Assembly: GCA_963765895.1 (NCBI GenBank)
Contig: CAVXZB010000084.1
Location: 96,001 to 160,000, forward strand
Direction: 5' to 3'
From: an uncultured Nitrososphaeraceae archaeon
Lineage (GTDB): Archaea > Thermoproteota > Nitrososphaeria > Nitrososphaerales > Nitrososphaeraceae
Length of the DNA: 64,000 bases
This document shows positions 59,766 through 64,000 of this stretch, one piece after another (position 1 is the first letter of the stretch; each line of letters begins with the position of its first letter). The translations under genes were made by a program, and so were the position numbers. The notes below the pieces were generated by a model. The model was not told the DNA's origin and searched no databases. It saw nothing but the letters and a program-made list of their open reading frames with translations.

Positions 59766-60190
59766 GTGAAGATATTTATAGAGAGATTATACTCGACCAT
59801 TACAGAAACCCTAGAAACAAAGGTAGTCTACCTAATGCTGACATAAGCATACATGATAGTAACCCACTATGCGGAGATGAAATCGACATTCATCTTAAGG
59901 TAGAGGAAGATATGATAAAGGATATCAAATTTGAAGGTAGAGGATGCGCGATAAGTCAGGCAAGTGCATCTATGCTAACGGAACAAGTGCTCAATAAGCC
60001 ACTGAATGCTGTTAAGGACATAGCCAAGGAAGATATATTGGAAAATATTGGATTAATGAACTTAGGTCCTGCACGGATAAAATGTGCACTTCTTTCGCTC
60101 AAGGTTCTAAAACTGGGTATGGTGAAGTACTATGCAGATAGAGATCCCGGATCCGCAAAAAAGATCCAAGACGAGTCCAAACTGTATTGA
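59762..60190 (+). CDS. sufU: SufU/IscU-type Fe-S scaffold protein
   Basis: ILDHYRNPRN, NPLCGD, GCAISQAS and RIKCA motifs; 4-bp overlap with sufS. Confidence 0.9.
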   Translation: MSEDIYREIILDHYRNPRNKGSLPNADISIHDSNPLCGDEIDIHLKVEEDMIKDIKFEGRGCAISQASASMLTEQVLNKPLNAVKDIAKEDILENIGLMNLGPARIKCALLSLKVLKLGMVKYYADRDPGSAKKIQDESKLY

Positions 60191-60550
60191 ATTCAGGAAT
60201 CTAGAAAGCTAATGGATTTTCAAAAACAACCTTCAAGGGATAAGGATATTGAGATGCAGGACACACGAAATTCGGGCACGGTCTATGGAAGTTATAATCC
60301 ACATTCATACTAGTTAAAAGTAGGCACATTGCCACAAAATTATTCGTAACCTACATCTAATTTTAATCGCGTGTTCTAGCAATCGGACATCAAAAACTTA
60401 CTTATGGGATTACAGTCTTGCATATCTACTATTATCTTCTAATTAGATCTTGACTATTGTGAAATAACAAACATAAGAAAGTCTTACTAACGTCGATTTT
60501 TCAATAATCAAAACAAATAAAGCAAATGAAGGGAAGTAGTCTTAAATCCG

Positions 60551-61264
60551 GTGCCAAAAATGAAATTTACGCCTTGGCTACTTAATCTTCGCTCTCCAGA
60601 ATTTGCGGCTTTAATTATCTGTTTTGTCATATTCAGTATTTTAGTAGATAGAGGTGTCATGTCAACAATTGACGGCATCATCGCCCATTATTTTAGAACG
60701 TTAGAAGGCAACCCGGGAGTTGATCAATTAATGATAGGCATAGCATCTTTGGGAGACATTTTTTCTTTAGTTTTGATAGCCATAGTACTCACAATAGTCA
60801 GACGTACACGTAAGGCAGGTATGGTTTTTCTGATGGCAATCGTGATCATTTCTATATCAACGATGTACCTAAAAACCATTTTTGAAAGACTCTCTCCTAC
60901 ATATACGTACAAACCAGTTATCTACATTCCTAAACATTTTTCGATAGAAGAAGATAGCTTTGCACCATCAGCGCGGGATTTTTCATATCCTTCCAATCAT
61001 GTAGCAGCGACTACGGCATTGGCCTTTATCGTTGGATTTATAATTTCTAGGCGATCAACGATAGCAGGTCTTTTAATCTGGCTATTTCCTATAATTAATA
61101 GTATTGCTAGACTATATCTGATGCAGCATTACCTATCTGATACCATTGGCGGATTCTTATGGGGGCTAATTATTTGTTTGATTTTAGCAAATCTTCTGAA
61201 ATTGAATCAGCCCTTTCTTATGTCTAGATTCAAAAGTAAGGAAGACGTAACAAAGAATTTGTAA
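60551..61264 (+). CDS. PAP2-family phosphatase
   Basis: K-x-x-F-E-R, SYPSNH and ARLYLMQHYLSD motifs; multiple TMs. Confidence 0.88.
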   Translation: MPKMKFTPWLLNLRSPEFAALIICFVIFSILVDRGVMSTIDGIIAHYFRTLEGNPGVDQLMIGIASLGDIFSLVLIAIVLTIVRRTRKAGMVFLMAIVIISISTMYLKTIFERLSPTYTYKPVIYIPKHFSIEEDSFAPSARDFSYPSNHVAATTALAFIVGFIISRRSTIAGLLIWLFPIINSIARLYLMQHYLSDTIGGFLWGLIICLILANLLKLNQPFLMSRFKSKEDVTKNL

Positions 61265-61318
61265 GTCACGTCACAAGACCGGTCGTTATTAACGTCTTGT
61301 CTGGTAAGGTTAAATAAT

Positions 61319-61840
61319 TTGTTCTGTCATAAGCTCATTAATTTGCAATCAACCCTCAGGAGAGTACGGGAATATTTAATCCGTCGTTGTGAAATGAAAG
61401 ATCTGGAAGCCGTAGTCACCGTTAACATCGATACCCTACCTGAGCACTACTCTGATTACTTCTTTGAATCAACTCTAAGAGAGCTACCAGAGTCATTCAT
61501 TGTTGCAGAATTGGAAGGCAAGATAGTTGGATATATCATGTGTAAGATTGAGTACGGTTTTTCCAATTTCAGAAAACTAGGCTTTGTCAAGAAAGGACAT
61601 GTGGTTTCGGTGGCAGTATTAGAGGAACATCGTTCGAAGGGACTGGGTAAGGCGCTGATGCTTGAAGGCATAAATGGGATCATTAATCGAAGATGTGATG
61701 AGATTTATCTAGAAGTGCGACTCAGTAATAAGCCGGCTATAATAATGTACGAAAATCTCGGCTTTCAAACCAAATCCAAATTGCGCTCATACTATAGAGA
61801 TGGAGAAGATGCATTTCTGATGGCACTGGAATTTAATTGA
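61319..61840 (+). CDS. N-terminal acetyltransferase (Ard1/RimI-like GNAT)
   Basis: LPEHY, GHVVSVAV, RSKGLG, LEVRLSN and YYRDGEDA; true start may be downstream. Confidence 0.9.
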   Translation: MFCHKLINLQSTLRRVREYLIRRCEMKDLEAVVTVNIDTLPEHYSDYFFESTLRELPESFIVAELEGKIVGYIMCKIEYGFSNFRKLGFVKKGHVVSVAVLEEHRSKGLGKALMLEGINGIINRRCDEIYLEVRLSNKPAIIMYENLGFQTKSKLRSYYRDGEDAFLMALEFN

Positions 61841-61869
61841 GGATAAGGTAGACAACTATCTAGTATTTC

Positions 61870-62085
61870 ATGAAGCCTAGTCCTACGCGCTCTAAGGTCA
61901 CTGGTATATCAATCCTAGGGACATCTATCATCGGCTTTATCATCTATCTATATTTGATCCTGGCTACTCAGTGGGATATCTTGCTTCTCAAAATTACCAT
62001 TATCGCTGCAGTTGGCGCGGTTGTATCTGTTGTAGCGTGGATAGGGTATACGATGACTACGACTCCCATTGCTGATAAAGAATAG
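61870..62085 (+). CDS. small membrane protein (2 TM)
   Basis: Two hydrophobic segments and WIGYTMTTTP end. Confidence 0.7.
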   Translation: MKPSPTRSKVTGISILGTSIIGFIIYLYLILATQWDILLLKITIIAAVGAVVSVVAWIGYTMTTTPIADKE

Positions 62086-62088
62086 GTA

Positions 62089-62934
62089 TTATTTATGAAC
62101 GTAAATATCTGTCACAACTTGATACACTCTTGGTCCTACCTCTCTAACGACTCTACTAAATTGAACCTCGGTATCATAATTTGAAAAGGCAGATTTGACA
62201 TCAAGCAAGCTTTGTTCTAGGGCGTATTTTTTTCCTAAGGCTTTGACATGTGCAAAATAATGGATAATACCCCCGCGATCCTTAAGGGCCTCAACTGCAC
62301 AATCTACATACTCATGTGCTTTCTCTGGTAGTGGCATCAATACTCTATCCGACTGTAATCGGATTTCTTTAGAAATAATTTCTCTTGCATCGCCCAAGAT
62401 GGATACTACTCTTGACTCTACTCCGTTTAATTCAGAGTTATGATGACTTAGCTCTATAGCAGCAGGATTTATATCAATACTATAAACCTTGCAGCGACTG
62501 TGCATTCTAGCCATTATAATAGAAAATGTGCCTACGCCTGCGAACATGTTAGTTACTACCTCATTATCGGAAACAAGATTAGCTACTCTTAATCTCTCTG
62601 TAGACAACCTTGGTGAAAAGTATGTGTTGACAAGATCCACCTTAAACTTGCATCCATGTTCCTTATACTCTACAAGAGTATCATTTTCTCCTGCAATATG
62701 TTCCAGGCCACGTAGCCGATAATCTCCTTTAACAGAAGAAACTTGCGCGAATACAGATTTCACTGATTTAATTTCGTCTAATATAATTTTTCCAATCAAA
62801 TTCTTTTTTGTGGCGAGAGCTTCGGGTATTTTAATAATCACGACACTTCCAATTATATCAAAAGAAGAATACATGGACGCTGCTTCTTCCGCTTCTAGAG
62901 TTTGACTTAGGATGGTCTTTAACATTCGAGCCAT
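62089..62934 (-). CDS. Trm5/TYW2 (Met-10+) family tRNA-modifying SAM transferase
   Basis: FDIIG, YKEHGC, YFSPRLSTER, NMFAGVG, DINP and DRVLMPLP motifs. Confidence 0.88.
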   Translation of the reverse strand: MARMLKTILSQTLEAEEAASMYSSFDIIGSVVIIKIPEALATKKNLIGKIILDEIKSVKSVFAQVSSVKGDYRLRGLEHIAGENDTLVEYKEHGCKFKVDLVNTYFSPRLSTERLRVANLVSDNEVVTNMFAGVGTFSIIMARMHSRCKVYSIDINPAAIELSHHNSELNGVESRVVSILGDAREIISKEIRLQSDRVLMPLPEKAHEYVDCAVEALKDRGGIIHYFAHVKALGKKYALEQSLLDVKSAFSNYDTEVQFSRVVREVGPRVYQVVTDIYVHK

Positions 62935-62945
62935 CGAGATAAAAT

Positions 62946-64000
62946 CTACCTACTCTTTATATAATAATAATTGCCTGATTCCTTTTGAGATCTATCTAAT
63001 CTACTATCATCTTTATTGACTCTTGGCCGACCCGTGCTTTCATCCCTTCGATAAGTTATAGACAACGCCTCGAGAAATCTGTTCATTCCTGTTTCCTTGG
63101 ATAGTGGCTGGCTAGCTTTGCCGCTGCGTCCTGGTACTCCTTCGAATATAATTAATGAATCTGCCATTAAATCAATTAGTTGAACATCATGATCTATTAT
63201 TATTGCAGACTTTTCATTTGCTCGGACATAGCGTTGAATGAATTTTGCAAGTGCAATCCTATCTTCTGCATCTAAGAATGCCGAAGGTTCGTCAAGAGCA
63301 TAGATATCAGCATTTCTTATGAGGCAAGGCAGCAACTGCTACTTTTTGTAATTCTCCTCCGCTGAGATTCTTTACTGATTTTTCATACAGCTTCTTTAGT
63401 CCTATGGGAGCCAGGATTTGTTCCTCGATAAGGGATCCCTCGATATCGTTCTCGTAAGCGATTGAAAGAATTGATTTAACTGACCCATTATACTCTTGGT
63501 TCAGATACTGCGGTTTATAGGAGATTTTTGCGCCAATTTGTAGATTGCCAGAATCGGGTTTATCAACTCCTGCTAACATTTTCATAAAAGTAGTTTTACC
63601 CAACGCGTTAGCGCCCACAATTCCAACTACTTCACCTTTTCTGACTTGCCCATTAGCGATCTTCAAACTAAAAGAAGGAAAGGTTTTGGATAGCATTGAA
63701 TATCGTGCAACCGGAAGATCAAGTACCATATCGTCCGTTGTTGTAGTCGTTTCGAATCGGAATGCTTTCTGTCTAAACCTTACGTTTTCGCTGGGAAGAA
63801 AGCCATCTAGGAAGTTATTAATGCCTAGTTTTGTGCTCTGGAGTACAGATGTTATGCCGTAAGCGCCTGGTTCTCCATAAAGGATATGTATATAATCGGA
63901 AAGGTAGTCCAGCAACGTAATATCGTGTTCTACGACCATAACACTCTTGCCTGAATTTGCAAGCTCTCGTATGACCCTAGCCACCGAAAGTCGCTGATAA
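62946..64000 (-). CDS. rli: ribosome recycling ATPase ABCE1/RLI, 5' part outside window; +1 insertion at about 63328
   Basis: VEHD, GANALGKTT, SYKPQY, LSGGELQ, DEPSAFLD and GRPRVNK; removing one base gives VAACLIRNAD. Confidence 0.95.

Noticed and set aside
60212-60313. 33-codon ORF after sufU
   Set aside because: No recognisable motif or other support

Overview
Low-GC archaeal chromosome segment from an ammonia-oxidising-archaeon lineage (Nitrososphaerota/Thaumarchaeota, most like Nitrososphaeraceae by my reading of the 16S rRNA and gene content). Two housekeeping blocks (1-17.1 kb: ppa, ileS, EF-1alpha/S10, tatC, PolB, agmatinase, FBP aldolase/phosphatase, tpiA; 40.5-64 kb: corA, DHH protein, 16S-23S rRNA operon, hemL, tRNA methylthiotransferase, L39e/L31e, aspS, NusA-like, sufS/sufU, N-acetyltransferase, trm5, ABCE1) enclose an accessory region (about 17.4-40.3 kb) of envelope, stress and unknown genes. 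That region includes a (NATNA)19-CHRD surface protein, an LpxD-like acyltransferase, a GH5 glycolipid-hydrolase-like enzyme, a degenerate isoprenoid-synthase-fold protein and a palindrome-rich HTH/zinc-finger module between two HdeD paralogues. Two copies of an IS903-like (IS5 family) element have clear terminal repeats and target duplications and share the same frameshift. The strongest pattern is that the many apparent frameshifts, including those in essential genes and 23S rRNA, are not random: 8 of the 16 indels I located outside the IS copies sit on GCWGC and 3 next to GTAC. This is best read as an error footprint of DNA modification in a long-read assembly, not as real pseudogenisation. 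All product calls come from motif recognition by eye; no database searches were run.
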